In this document: positions 50,170 through 60,660 of the stretch, piece by piece
How positions within the stretch are numbered: the first letter of the stretch is position 1
How the letters are laid out: the number at the start of each line of letters is the position of its first letter
Source of the DNA: Nitrospirales bacterium
GTDB lineage: Bacteria; Nitrospirota; Nitrospiria; Nitrospirales; UBA8639
DNA: 64,000 bases
NCBI GenBank assembly: GCA_963555755.3
Contig: OY820905.2
Location: forward strand, 4,384,001 to 4,448,000
Direction of reading: 5' to 3'
Program-made: the position numbers and the translations under genes
Notes under the pieces: generated by a model
The model's database searches: none
What the model saw: only the letters and a program-made list of their open reading frames with translations
What the model was told of the DNA's origin: nothing

Positions 50170-51150
50170 ATGGATAAAATTCTTTCACAAGATGAAGTCG
50201 ATGCGCTGCTTCGTGGAGTCACCGGCGGTGATGTGGATACGACTCCGGACCCCGAAGAGCCAACGGATGGTCCGGTCCCGTATGATTTAGGAAATCAAGA
50301 GTGGATTGTTCGAGGGCGTATGCCGACCCTCGACATTATCCATCAACAATTTGCGCGGTTGTTCCGTATGGGGTTAGGCGAGGCTTTGCGGAAACCCGTA
50401 GAAGTGACAGTCACGAATCAAGCGGTCATGAAGTTCGGCGATTTTATTAAGCGGCTACCGCTGCCGGCATATTTGACTATTACCTCGATGGAGCCTCTTC
50501 GAGGATTTGCTCTCCTCGCCACTGATGCGGCCACCGTCTATTTGTTGGTGGATCATTTTTTTGGCGGGGCTGGACAGACCCATGTGAAGCCCGAGGGTCA
50601 GGATTTCACCTTGATTGAGCAGCGCGTGATGACGCGCGTGACCAACATGGCGTTGGGCAATTTGGAAAAGGCCTGGGAGCCAGTTCATCAAGTGGCAATC
50701 AAGGCGGTGCGATTTGAAATGAACCCTCAGTTGGCTGCCATCGTCATCCCATCGGAAATTGTCATTGTCATCACGGTGGGGGTTGAGTTGGGCGATGCGG
50801 TCGGGGAGATGCATCTTTGTATACCCTATGCGATGCTGGAGCCCCTGCGGGAAAAACTCCAAACGAGCTTTCAAAGTGATCTCTATGAAGTGGATCAAGG
50901 ATGGATTTCGCGGTTTTGTTCACGGCTCCAAGAGTCCTCGGTGACCATGTCCGTTCAGTTAGGAACCACCACGATTGCCATTGAAGATCTGTATAATTTT
51001 TCACCCGGTGATGTGGTGGTGCTGGAGCAACCCGCCAGTCAGCCTTTACTGGCTTGTATCGAAGGCGTTTCCAAATTTTTGGGGTTTGGAGTGAAACAGA
51101 ATGGCATTCAGCAATTTCGCGTCGATCGAATATTGCTCCCGCCTGAATAG
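50170..51150 (+). CDS. fliM: flagellar motor switch protein FliM
   Basis: ILSQDEVDALL, GRMPTL and CIPYAMLEP motifs. Confidence 0.96.
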   Translation: MDKILSQDEVDALLRGVTGGDVDTTPDPEEPTDGPVPYDLGNQEWIVRGRMPTLDIIHQQFARLFRMGLGEALRKPVEVTVTNQAVMKFGDFIKRLPLPAYLTITSMEPLRGFALLATDAATVYLLVDHFFGGAGQTHVKPEGQDFTLIEQRVMTRVTNMALGNLEKAWEPVHQVAIKAVRFEMNPQLAAIVIPSEIVIVITVGVELGDAVGEMHLCIPYAMLEPLREKLQTSFQSDLYEVDQGWISRFCSRLQESSVTMSVQLGTTTIAIEDLYNFSPGDVVVLEQPASQPLLACIEGVSKFLGFGVKQNGIQQFRVDRILLPPE

Positions 51151-51334
51151 GAGCAGGACGGAGGGGGGAAATGAAGAGTGAAAAATGAAAAATGAAAAAT
51201 GAAGAGTGAAAAATGAAAAATGAAGAGTGAAAAATGAAAAATTATTACCTTTCGGTACGCATTACGTATCACGCTTCACGTATAAGGATGTCGAATTATT
51301 CAACAGTCCCAATCATTGTGAATGAGGAGAAGCT

Positions 51335-51754
51335 ATGAGTGATGAAGTCGAGGATGTGGATGTCACCGGAGAAGCCAGTGAGATGGTAGAGGCGGATGAG
51401 GGTGAGGGTGAGGGAGGTGGCAAGGTCATCAAAGCCACAGGGACAAAGCCGACAAAAAACGGAAAGGGTGCCTCCAAGTATCCCAACGTGGAATTCGAAA
51501 AGATGGAACGGATTCTCGACATCCCCCTGGTCTTATCCGCCCAGTTGGGTTCGTCTCGGATGTTGGTAAAGGAATTGCTCCAACTTGGTCCGGGGTCGGT
51601 GGTGGAGTTGGATAAGCTGGCTGGCGAACCGTTAGAGGTGTTGGTCAATGACAAGTTGGTGGCCCGAGGGGAAGTCGTCATGGTGAACGACAAGTTTGGC
51701 GTACGATTGACAGATGTTGTCAGCCCGACTGAACGGGTTCAGAAACTGCGATAG
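51335..51754 (+). CDS. fliN: flagellar motor switch protein FliN
   Basis: ILDIPL...GSVVELDKLAGEP..ARGEVV motif. Confidence 0.96.
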   Translation: MSDEVEDVDVTGEASEMVEADEGEGEGGGKVIKATGTKPTKNGKGASKYPNVEFEKMERILDIPLVLSAQLGSSRMLVKELLQLGPGSVVELDKLAGEPLEVLVNDKLVARGEVVMVNDKFGVRLTDVVSPTERVQKLR

Positions 51755-51906
51755 AAAGAACGTGAAGCGTCATGCGTGAAGCGTAAAGCGTATAAGAACA
51801 AGAATAATGAAAATCAAGGAAGACGGACAAAAGGTCATGGTGATTTATTCTTCACGCATGACGCATGACGCATGACGCATCACAATCTAAGAATAACGAG
51901 GGAAGA

Positions 51907-52287
51907 ATGGATTTTGCCACTGAGGCCCTGAAAATGACTGGAGCCCTGATCACCGTGTTAATGGTCATGGGGGGCGTGGCTGTGCTGGTCAAACGGTTTT
52001 TGGGTCATCAGGGAGGAGTTGGTGGTGCACCCGCTTTGCGTCTCATGGGAGGCTTGCGACTGGGGCCGGGAAAATCCGTGATCCTGGTTGAATTGGCAGG
52101 GGAGGTGTTGGTGTTAGGGGCGACCGCTAAAGAACTCACCCTTCTGACCCGGGTTGACGACCCTCATCGAATCGAACAGCTTCGCCCTGGAGGGGGGATT
52201 GGTCTTCCTTCGTTGCCCTGGTCCACGATGTTGATGAAGGCGAAGGCGCGGGTTGCATGTGAGTCGAAAGAGGCGTCAACGGCATGA
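51907..52287 (+). CDS. fliO: flagellar biosynthesis protein FliO
   Basis: TM plus LGPGKSVILVE..VLGAT. Confidence 0.88.
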   Translation: MDFATEALKMTGALITVLMVMGGVAVLVKRFLGHQGGVGGAPALRLMGGLRLGPGKSVILVELAGEVLVLGATAKELTLLTRVDDPHRIEQLRPGGGIGLPSLPWSTMLMKAKARVACESKEASTA

Positions 52288-52391
52288 ACGCGTGAAGCGT
52301 ACTTAAGGTTCGTATCTCGTATTTCGTATCTCGTATCTCGTTTTTTCAGGAGATACGAGATACGAGCGATGGGTTTTTTTAAGGTCTGCTC

Positions 52392-53150
52392 ATGTCAAAA
52401 ACACAAATGATCATCAGTATCGGACTCGGCCTACTCGTGGCGTTGTTCGGGGTGGATGTGTGGGCGCAAAGTCCGCAAGCTCCGGCCTTCAATCTGGATA
52501 TTATAGGGCCAGAGGGTCGGCAGTCGTATACCGTGGGCATCAGAATCATGTTGCTGCTCACCGCGTTGACCTTGGCGCCGGCGTTTATCATGATGATGAC
52601 GTCGTTCACGCGCGTGGTTATCGTTCTGGCCTTGGTTCGTCAAGCGATGGGGACACTGCACTGGCCGCCGAACCAAGTGATCGTGGGCCTTGCCTTATTT
52701 TTGACGCTCTTCATCATGACACCGGTGTGGGAACAAATACAGCTTCGCGCATTGGATCCCTATCTACAAGATCAGATTTCCCAGGAACATGCGCTGGAAG
52801 AGGCGATTGGTCCCATTCGGACGTTCATGTTGAAACAGGTGCGGGAAAAAGATTTGGATCTGTTTGTGAATTTGGCAGGGGTGGAGGTTCCTGAAGGTCC
52901 GGATCAGACACCGCTGCGGATCCTCATCCCGGCCTTTGTGACGAGTGAGCTGCGTACCGCGTTTCAAATTGGGTTCCTGATTTTCATTCCGTTTTTGGTG
53001 ATCGATATGATCGTGGCCAGTATCCTGATGTCCATGGGGATGATGTTACTGCCTCCCATCATGATCTCCCTGCCATTCAAATTAATCTTGTTTGTATTGG
53101 CCGACGGATGGTTCCTGGTCGTTGGGTCGTTGATGCAGAGCTTCAACTGA
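52392..53150 (+). CDS. fliP: flagellar export protein FliP
   Basis: TSFTR, PPNQV, PAFVTSEL and LPFKL motifs. Confidence 0.97.
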   Translation: MSKTQMIISIGLGLLVALFGVDVWAQSPQAPAFNLDIIGPEGRQSYTVGIRIMLLLTALTLAPAFIMMMTSFTRVVIVLALVRQAMGTLHWPPNQVIVGLALFLTLFIMTPVWEQIQLRALDPYLQDQISQEHALEEAIGPIRTFMLKQVREKDLDLFVNLAGVEVPEGPDQTPLRILIPAFVTSELRTAFQIGFLIFIPFLVIDMIVASILMSMGMMLLPPIMISLPFKLILFVLADGWFLVVGSLMQSFN

Positions 53151-53288
53151 AAGACGTCATGCGTGAAGCGTGATGCGTCATGCGCAAAAAAAAATGTGAA
53201 ATGAAAACGAAAAGTAAAGATGGTGGATTTAAGACCATGATGATGTGTTTCCTACGCATGACGCTTCACGCTTCACGAGGTTTTCCCA

Positions 53289-53558
53289 ATGACTCCTGAA
53301 ACCGTTATGCATGTGGCCCGGATGGCGATCGAAACCACGATGTTGGTGGCCGGACCCATGTTGCTTTTGAGTTTGGTCGTCGGGTTGTTCGTCGGTGCGT
53401 TTCAAGCCATGACCCAAATCAATGAAATGACACTCACGTTTGTCCCGAAAATTATCGGGATCTTTCTGGTCCTGTTAATTGGATTTCCATGGTTGCTCCA
53501 AGTGTATCTGGGATTTATGACCACGCTCTTGGTGAATATTCCCAACTATATTCGGTAA
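53289..53558 (+). CDS. fliQ: flagellar export protein FliQ
   Basis: QAMTQINEMTLTFVPK motif. Confidence 0.96.
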   Translation: MTPETVMHVARMAIETTMLVAGPMLLLSLVVGLFVGAFQAMTQINEMTLTFVPKIIGIFLVLLIGFPWLLQVYLGFMTTLLVNIPNYIR

Positions 53559-54288
53559 GGACCTGAGAGAAAATACCTTGGACATCTCGCATCCAAAACA
53601 TAGCTGTACTATGCCTCGGGTGTTTTTCAACCTAGAAACAGCAGTTGGATCACAAAAGTCCGCACAAGCTCTCAGGGTCCGTCACGAAATAACCGGGACA
53701 ATTGGCCGAGACGATTTTGGAGCGAGGCAAGGAGCGAAGAGCGCGCATACCGGGAGTATGGAAGCGATGAGCGACGCCGGCGGAGCCCAAAAGCGTCCGG
53801 CCCTCCGGGGAGGCCCATCTTTGGCCCGGGGCGGCGTTGCTCCTCGGTCACAGAGCCCCGCTCTGCTCCCTCGTCGCGCCTTGCCCCGATCACAAATCTG
53901 GGCCTCCCAATTGTCCCGGTTATTTCGTGACGGACCCTTAGCGCACCTGATAAAAGACAAAAAGGTCTCATCACCACTAAGGGTTCGCGCAACAATAACT
54001 TTCCCTGTTTGGGTGCTGAGACACCTGTCTGGCAAGGCGCGAGGACTGCGCATACTCCTCGTATGGAAAGGACGAGCAACGCCGCCAGACGGGATGGATC
54101 GACGCCCAAACAGGGAAAATTATTGTTGCGCGAGCCCTAAGGTGACCACGACGTTTTGTCTTTCACCATGCACCCCAATAGCTCGCACGGCTTTTTTGCG
54201 CCCAACTGCAGTTTCTAGGTCCAATCGTTCCGTCCAAATCCAACCCAAATCTTGGCGCGATATGTCCAAGGTATTTTCTCTCAGGTCC
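53559..54288. mobile_element. nested MITE stack C[B[D,F]]
   Basis: B 53631-54219 (TTCAA/TCCAA); D 53675-53937; F 53981-54137 (TSD TAA). Confidence 0.88.
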
Positions 54289-54292
54289 TCTC

Positions 54293-55078
54293 ATGGCGAA
54301 ATTTGAAATTGGTCTACAGGAGTTTTGGGGGTTTGCCTTGGTACTCGTCCGAACCGGCGGGATTCTCTCGGCGTTTCCCATCATTGGGGGTCGGTTGGTA
54401 CCCATGAAAATCCGTGTGGCTATGTTGATGGCCGTGGCGCTCGTGTTTGGGCCGCTTGTGTCGCCCACCCTGCACCCGGACTGGCTGGAACCCCTGAAGC
54501 TCACCGTCGGGTTAGCCACGGAATTATTCATCGGGTTATTCCTTGGATTTGCAACCAGATTACTCATGGCCACGATTGAGATAGCCGGGAGTATCATGGG
54601 TTTTCAAATGGGATTTGGCTTGGCGGTTCAACTTGACCCCGTCACACAAGTCGAAGTTCCGGTGTTGGGAAGTTTTTTGGTCATTGTGGCCTCCCTTCTC
54701 TATTTCGTGGTTGATGGGCATCACCTCCTGTTGCTGGCCTTGGGCTCGAGCTTTGCGTTGATCCCTCCGCTTGGTGCGCAGTTTCATCCACCCTTGTTGG
54801 TTGATGCAGTCGAAATCATGCAACGGACTTTTGATATCGGGGTCAAGCTGGCCTTGCCCCTGATAGCGGTGACCTTTCTGATTTATCTCGTCCTGGGAAT
54901 TCTGGGACGTGTGATGCCTCAGATGAATGTGCTGTTTCTCGGATTCCCCTTGACCATTAGTGTCGGATTGTTGGTCGTAGGATTTGGCCTGCCACTCTTT
55001 GCGTCCTTATTTCAACACTCCATTTTGGAGTTAGAAGGGGTGCTCATTGGCATGTTAGAGGAGATGGGGCGTGGCTGA
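54293..55078 (+). CDS. fliR: flagellar export protein FliR
   Basis: AGSIMGFQMG, DGHH and RVMPQMNV motifs. Confidence 0.95.
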   Translation: MAKFEIGLQEFWGFALVLVRTGGILSAFPIIGGRLVPMKIRVAMLMAVALVFGPLVSPTLHPDWLEPLKLTVGLATELFIGLFLGFATRLLMATIEIAGSIMGFQMGFGLAVQLDPVTQVEVPVLGSFLVIVASLLYFVVDGHHLLLLALGSSFALIPPLGAQFHPPLLVDAVEIMQRTFDIGVKLALPLIAVTFLIYLVLGILGRVMPQMNVLFLGFPLTISVGLLVVGFGLPLFASLFQHSILELEGVLIGMLEEMGRG

Positions 55079-56153
55079 AGACAAAGATGGAATGGAGAAG
55101 TCTGAACAGCCGAGTTCACGGAAGCTGGAAAAAGCACGGGAAAAAGGACAGGTTCCCTCGACCAAAGAATTCAGCCCGGTTGTGATGATCTTTGGCGCCA
55201 TGGGCATGATTGCCATGTGGGCGCCTTTAGCGTGGCAGCATATCCAACGGACGAGCATGGGTTGGTTTGAAACCGCCGGGCTTCGCCTGATCACCCCTGA
55301 CACGGCCTATGCCCTCGCGGTCGAAATGGTAGAAACCGGGATGGTGATCGTTTTACCCTTTGCGTTCGGAATGATGACCTTGGGTGTGTTGGCGACGGTG
55401 ATTCAAACAGGACCGCTATGGATTGAGGATGGGATACAGCCCAAAATTTCCAAAATCAATCCGGTGGCTGGCCTCAAACGCATCGTGTCGATTCGAGGTG
55501 TGGTCGAACTGCTGAAATCGTTGATGAAACTCGTCATTCTGGGCGGAATAACCTACTTCATCATCCAAGCACATATTTCAGATATCGTCGAAATTCCTGG
55601 ATTATCCGTTGGAGAAGCATTTCAACGAGTCGGGCGCATTGCGTTTCAGTTGGTGATGGCGATTGGTGTCGTGTTGCTGGTGTTAGCGGTGGCCGATTTC
55701 GCGTTTCAACGATGGCAATTTTTACGGGATCAACGGATGACCAAACGGGAAGTGAAGGATGAAATGAAAGATGTGGAAGGGAATCCGTTGGTTCGCTCTC
55801 GCCGCATGAGTTTGCAGCGGGATCGGGCGCGTCAGCGGATGATGCAAGCCGTACCCAATGCGGATGTGGTGATTACGAACCCGACTCACCTGGCCGTGGC
55901 ACTCAAGTACGACCCTGAACAAGCAGCCTCGCCAACCGTGCTGGCCAAAGGCGCAGGGTATGTCGCGGAGCACATTAAACAAGTTGCCCGTTCCGCGGGT
56001 ATTCCGATTGTGGAGAATAAACCGGTGGCGCAGGGGCTGTATAAATTAGTGGAAGTCGGACGCACCATTCCGACTGACTTGTATAAGGCCGTAGCTGAGA
56101 TTCTGGCTTATGTGTATCGATTGAAACAAAGCCAGAAAGAGATGGCAGGGTAA
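55071..56153 (+). CDS. flhB: flagellar export protein FlhB
   Basis: NPTH autocleavage motif, KAREKGQV. Confidence 0.96.
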   Translation: MAEDKDGMEKSEQPSSRKLEKAREKGQVPSTKEFSPVVMIFGAMGMIAMWAPLAWQHIQRTSMGWFETAGLRLITPDTAYALAVEMVETGMVIVLPFAFGMMTLGVLATVIQTGPLWIEDGIQPKISKINPVAGLKRIVSIRGVVELLKSLMKLVILGGITYFIIQAHISDIVEIPGLSVGEAFQRVGRIAFQLVMAIGVVLLVLAVADFAFQRWQFLRDQRMTKREVKDEMKDVEGNPLVRSRRMSLQRDRARQRMMQAVPNADVVITNPTHLAVALKYDPEQAASPTVLAKGAGYVAEHIKQVARSAGIPIVENKPVAQGLYKLVEVGRTIPTDLYKAVAEILAYVYRLKQSQKEMAG

Positions 56154-56158
56154 GCAGG

Positions 56159-58258
56159 ATGGCGACCTCAACGACGATGACACAAGAAGGCACCCCTCTC
56201 GGGTCGTATAGCGATTTCTTGTTGCCGTTGGGCGTCATTGGCATGTTGATGTTGATGCTTCTCCCGATCCCGCCGGTGCTCCTCGATTTGTGTCTGTCGT
56301 TCAGCATTACCCTGTCGATTCTTATATTGCTGGTGACGATGCATGCGAGACGTCCGATTGATTTTTCCGTGTTTCCTTCAGTCCTGTTGTTGGTGACGCT
56401 CTTTCGGTTAGGCCTGAATATTGCGTCAACGCGTGTCATTCTCCTCAATGGCCATGAGGGCATTGGCGCAGCCGGCGAAGTCATTAAATCGTTTGGGGGG
56501 GTTGTTGTCGGTGGCAATTTTGCAGTGGGAATCGTGGTGTTTTCCATCTTAGTGATCATCAATTTCATTGTGATCACGAAAGGGGCTGGCCGAATCGCGG
56601 AAGTGGCCGCGCGGTTTACGTTGGATGCCATGCCTGGAAAGCAGATGAGCATTGACGCGGATCTCAATGCCGGACTGATCGATGAGGCCACGGCTCGTCG
56701 TCGTCGTGAAGATATTGCCGAAGAAGCCGATTTTTATGGGGCCATGGATGGTGCGAGTAAATTCGTTCGTGGTGATGCGATCGCCGCCATTATTATTATC
56801 CTGATCAACATCGTAGGTGGGTTGGCGATTGGGGTGCTGGAACACGGCATGCCGTTAGCCGAGGCGGCTCGTACTTTTACCCTTCTGACTGTGGGTGATG
56901 CTCTGGTGGGACAGATTCCGGCCCTCATTATTTCAACCGCTGCCGGTATCATCATCACACGAGCCGCCTCATCTGCAAATTTAGGAGAGCAAATCACCAA
57001 CCAAATTCTGGTCAACCCCAATTTGATTGGTATGGTAGCCGGCATTCTTTTCCTATTGGGACTCACTCCTGGCCTACCACATTTTGCCTTCTTGCTGGTA
57101 GGGAGCCTGGTTGCTGGGCTGGCCTATTTTCTTAAAGATCAACAGAAAAAGATGGCTGACACAGAGAAAGCCGCGGTTCCTGCCAAAGGTGAGGAAGCCG
57201 CGAAAACGGATGCCCTCGACGTCGTGACATCCCCTGACTTACTTGAACTTCATGTGGGGTATGGGCTGGTTCCGTTGGTGGATGTCGCACAGGGGGGGGA
57301 GCTTCTTGAGCGCATTCGCGGGATTCGCCGGCAGACTGGCCAGGAGCTGGGTTTGGTCGTTCCGCCCGTGCATATTCGGGATAACCTTCAGCTGCGGCCC
57401 AACGAATACAGCATCATGTTGAAAGGGGTGCAGGTGGCCAAAGGCGAAGTCGTGCCGAGGCATTTGCTGGCCATTAATCCGGGTCAGGCCACGGGTGATT
57501 TGGAAGGGAAGCCGACACAAGATCCGTGCTTTGGGCTACCGGCACTTTGGATTTCGACCCAAAACAAAGAGAAGGCTCAGGTCGAAGGGTATACGGTTGT
57601 CGATTGTGGCTCGGTGATTGCAACACATCTGACTGAAATCATTCGAGCAAATGCTCATGACCTGATTGGGCGTCAAGAGGTACAGAGTTTGCTAGACAAT
57701 ATTGCGAAGACTCATCCCAAGGTTGTGGATGATTTAATCCCCACCTTGTTGCCACTGGGAAGTGTGGTGAGAATTTTACGAAATCTTCTGAAAGAGCGGG
57801 TGTCTATTCGTGATTTGCGCACGATTCTCGAAAGCGTGGCGGATTATGCCCCACAGGTGAAAGACCCTGAAACCTTGACGGATTATGCACGGCAAAGTGT
57901 GGGTCGGACCATCACCAGTCAATTCACCAACCCGGACGGGTTGCTCCCGGTGATCAGTTTAGATCCGGCTCTAGACCGACGGTTGGTTGACGCCCTGCGG
58001 CCAAGTCCGACAGGGGAAGTCCAGTCTATGAGCCCACCCTTCGTGAATGCGTTCCTGGAAGGCGTGCGTCGTGCCATTGAACGCGTCATTTCTCGAGGTT
58101 ATCAACCCGTGTTGCTCTGCTCTCATGGAATTCGGGCCCAGGTGTATCGCCTGGTGGCACCGGGTGTTCAGGCATTGACGGTGTTATCCCCGAATGAGAT
58201 TGACGTCAAAGCCAAAATTCAAGCCATTGAAGTGGTGAGGATTCCAGATGAAGCTTAA
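56159..58258 (+). CDS. flhA: flagellar export protein FlhA
   Basis: RFTLDAMPGKQMSIDADL and GAMDGASKFV motifs. Confidence 0.97.
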   Translation: MATSTTMTQEGTPLGSYSDFLLPLGVIGMLMLMLLPIPPVLLDLCLSFSITLSILILLVTMHARRPIDFSVFPSVLLLVTLFRLGLNIASTRVILLNGHEGIGAAGEVIKSFGGVVVGGNFAVGIVVFSILVIINFIVITKGAGRIAEVAARFTLDAMPGKQMSIDADLNAGLIDEATARRRREDIAEEADFYGAMDGASKFVRGDAIAAIIIILINIVGGLAIGVLEHGMPLAEAARTFTLLTVGDALVGQIPALIISTAAGIIITRAASSANLGEQITNQILVNPNLIGMVAGILFLLGLTPGLPHFAFLLVGSLVAGLAYFLKDQQKKMADTEKAAVPAKGEEAAKTDALDVVTSPDLLELHVGYGLVPLVDVAQGGELLERIRGIRRQTGQELGLVVPPVHIRDNLQLRPNEYSIMLKGVQVAKGEVVPRHLLAINPGQATGDLEGKPTQDPCFGLPALWISTQNKEKAQVEGYTVVDCGSVIATHLTEIIRANAHDLIGRQEVQSLLDNIAKTHPKVVDDLIPTLLPLGSVVRILRNLLKERVSIRDLRTILESVADYAPQVKDPETLTDYARQSVGRTITSQFTNPDGLLPVISLDPALDRRLVDALRPSPTGEVQSMSPPFVNAFLEGVRRAIERVISRGYQPVLLCSHGIRAQVYRLVAPGVQALTVLSPNEIDVKAKIQAIEVVRIPDEA

Positions 58259-59597
58259 ACGATTTGAAGCATTAACTCTTCAGGAAGCATTTTTCGCCGT
58301 GAAAGCCGAATTGGGCTCGGATGCCGTGATCGTCTCGACCCGGCGTATCAATAAAGGTGGAGGTTTTCTTGGGTTGCTCAGTCAACCCATGATTGAAGTC
58401 ACGGCTGCGGTTGATCGAGGGGTGGTGGCCAAAGAACCTGCCAAAGAACTTGCCAAAGAACCTGATCATCGCCAACGCCGGTCACAGGAAACAGTGATGC
58501 CAACCGTTGAACCGGAAACGGTTTCGTCGTGGTATGAACCCCCCATCGAAGCCCAGCAGAGGCAGGCCCCCTCTTTTGGTGAACATCTGAAAGTGGCGGC
58601 GTTACTCGACCCGGTAAGCCAACAGCTCGCCGCCCTCCGTGAGGAAATGAAAGAGTTACGAAGTGTACGGTCTGAGGCCGATACCGGAATTGGTCCCCTT
58701 CGTCAGGAACTCGAAACGTTCCGCACGTTCATGGGAGACATGCTGGCGGATCGGGCATCACAACGGTTGGCTTCGCTTCCGAAAGATCTGAGGGCCTACC
58801 ATGAAGTCCTCGTGACTGCAGGAATTACCCCTTCCCTGGCTGCCAATCTTGTGCGGACGGTTGGGGAAACCCTCGGAACAGGGGAGGGCATTCGGGACGA
58901 AACCGTGGCGGAATTATTGCGGGAGCAAATGGAGAAGGCCATTTCGGTGTCCGGTCCTTTGGCGACACCTGGCGGTTTGCAAAAAGTCGTCATGCTCGTG
59001 GGGCCTACTGGAGTCGGGAAAACCACGACCATTGCTAAACTCGCCAGTCAGTTCACGCAAGGACCCATGCGGATGAAAACTGTCGTGGTGACATTGGATA
59101 CGTATCGAGTGGCCGCTGTCGAACAACTTCGAGTCTATGCTCGAATCTTGAAAGTTCCCGTTGAAGTAGCCGTGACACCAGAGGAATTGCCGGCTTGCGT
59201 GGCTCGGCATCCGGATGCCGGGTTGGTGCTGGTTGATACGGCTGGCCGCAGTCCGCGTGATCCGGCAGGGGCACGAGAACTGGCGGCGATTGCGGAACAA
59301 AAAATGGCACTCGAAACCCATTTAGTGCTGTCTGCGCCCACAGACTTGGCCGTGCAAGAAGATATTGTGCGTCGGTATAGCAGCATCCCCGTGCATCGAT
59401 TGTTGCTCACAAAACTCGATGAAATGCCCCAATTGGGCCGCTTATTCAATTTGATTCATCAAACCGGGCTTCCGCTGTCGTATCTGTCCATGGGACAACG
59501 GGTTCCAGAAGATTTGGAACAAGCGACGCGAAAATCCATCGTGGATCGAATCGACCTGTTTTCCGCATGGGAGCAGGTGTCAGCGAAAGTCGCGTAA
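58248..59597 (+). CDS. flhF: SRP-type GTPase FlhF
   Basis: GPTGVGKTTTIAKLA, DTAG, TKLDE and GQRVPED motifs. Confidence 0.95.
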   Translation: MKLKRFEALTLQEAFFAVKAELGSDAVIVSTRRINKGGGFLGLLSQPMIEVTAAVDRGVVAKEPAKELAKEPDHRQRRSQETVMPTVEPETVSSWYEPPIEAQQRQAPSFGEHLKVAALLDPVSQQLAALREEMKELRSVRSEADTGIGPLRQELETFRTFMGDMLADRASQRLASLPKDLRAYHEVLVTAGITPSLAANLVRTVGETLGTGEGIRDETVAELLREQMEKAISVSGPLATPGGLQKVVMLVGPTGVGKTTTIAKLASQFTQGPMRMKTVVVTLDTYRVAAVEQLRVYARILKVPVEVAVTPEELPACVARHPDAGLVLVDTAGRSPRDPAGARELAAIAEQKMALETHLVLSAPTDLAVQEDIVRRYSSIPVHRLLLTKLDEMPQLGRLFNLIHQTGLPLSYLSMGQRVPEDLEQATRKSIVDRIDLFSAWEQVSAKVA

Positions 59598-59727
59598 TGC
59601 GTGAAGCGTGAAGCGTCATGCGTGAAGGGTAAAGGGAGAAACACTGTGGTATCTTTTTTTACGCATGACGCATGACGCATCACGCATGACGCATCACGCA
59701 TGACGCATCACGCATGACGCATCACGA
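59592..59727. repeat. inverted heptamer arrays (GCGTGAA ... ACGCATC/ACGCATG)
   Basis: Same type at ~37570-37658, 38005-38146, 42737-42820, 51761-51883 and 53155-53278. Confidence 0.9.
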
Positions 59728-59772
59728 CTTCGCAGTGAGTACATCAACGTTTGATTTATAAGGACACACACC

Positions 59773-60654
59773 ATGATCCCCCAGATTGATCAAGCGAGCG
59801 GGCTACGAGCACGAGCGAGTGCTCAACCAACCCTTCCCCCAGTCCAAGTCATCGCGGTGAGCTCGGGGAAAGGAGGAGTCGGGAAAACCAATATTGTCGC
59901 CAACATTGCCGTGGCCGGAGCGAAACAGGGTACGCGCGTCATGATCATGGATGCGGATCTGGCGCTGGGGAATCTCGATGTGCTGCTTGGTCTCACACCT
60001 GTCTATTCGTTAGAAGATGTCATCGCGGGCCGACAGACATTGGAAGAGATTGTGGTGGAAGGGCCGGCGGGGGTGCAGATTCTTCCGGCCACGTCAGGGG
60101 TACAAGATCTGACGGCCTTAAGTCGAGACCAACAACTTCATCTGCAAACACAATTTTTGAATTTGGCTACCCCGCCAGAATTGCTGCTGATTGATTGTGC
60201 CGCCGGCATTTCCGCGAATGTTCTCTATTTTAGCCTGGTGGCCCATGAAGTCCTCGTGGTGGTCACCCCGGAACCGACATCCCTCACGGATGCGTATGCC
60301 TTGATTAAGGTTTTATCCACTCGCTACCGACAAAAACGTTTTAGAATTTTGATCAACATGGCGAAACAGGTTCGTGAGGCCAAGGACGTCTTTCGGAAAT
60401 TGAGTAAGGTGACGGACCGATTTCTGAGCCTCTCATTGGATTTCGCCGGATGGGTACCCTTGGATGACCATTTGCCCATGGCCGTGTGCCAGCAACGAGC
60501 GGTCGTGGAAGCTTTTCCCAAGGCCCCGTCGAGTCGTGCGTTGTCGGACCTCATGGCGACGTTGCTTGGATGGCGATCGGATCATCCCATGGATGGCGGG
60601 CTCCAGCTATTTGGCCCATCGGTTCTTTGGACACCCACACAGGAAGGAGCGTGA
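59773..60654 (+). CDS. flhG: MinD-like ATPase FlhG/FleN
   Basis: SGKGGVGKT, DADLALGN and PEPTSLTDAYALIK motifs. Confidence 0.94.
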   Translation: MIPQIDQASGLRARASAQPTLPPVQVIAVSSGKGGVGKTNIVANIAVAGAKQGTRVMIMDADLALGNLDVLLGLTPVYSLEDVIAGRQTLEEIVVEGPAGVQILPATSGVQDLTALSRDQQLHLQTQFLNLATPPELLLIDCAAGISANVLYFSLVAHEVLVVVTPEPTSLTDAYALIKVLSTRYRQKRFRILINMAKQVREAKDVFRKLSKVTDRFLSLSLDFAGWVPLDDHLPMAVCQQRAVVEAFPKAPSSRALSDLMATLLGWRSDHPMDGGLQLFGPSVLWTPTQEGA

Positions 60655-60660
60655 GGGACT

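Noticed and set aside
53578..54306. 242-aa ORF between fliQ and fliR
   Set aside because: Made entirely of nested C/B/D/F elements; the same peptides recur wherever these repeats occur.
41412..58258. Injectisome-type T3SS
   Set aside because: The export genes lie among rod, hook, switch, flhF and fliA genes, so the system is flagellar.
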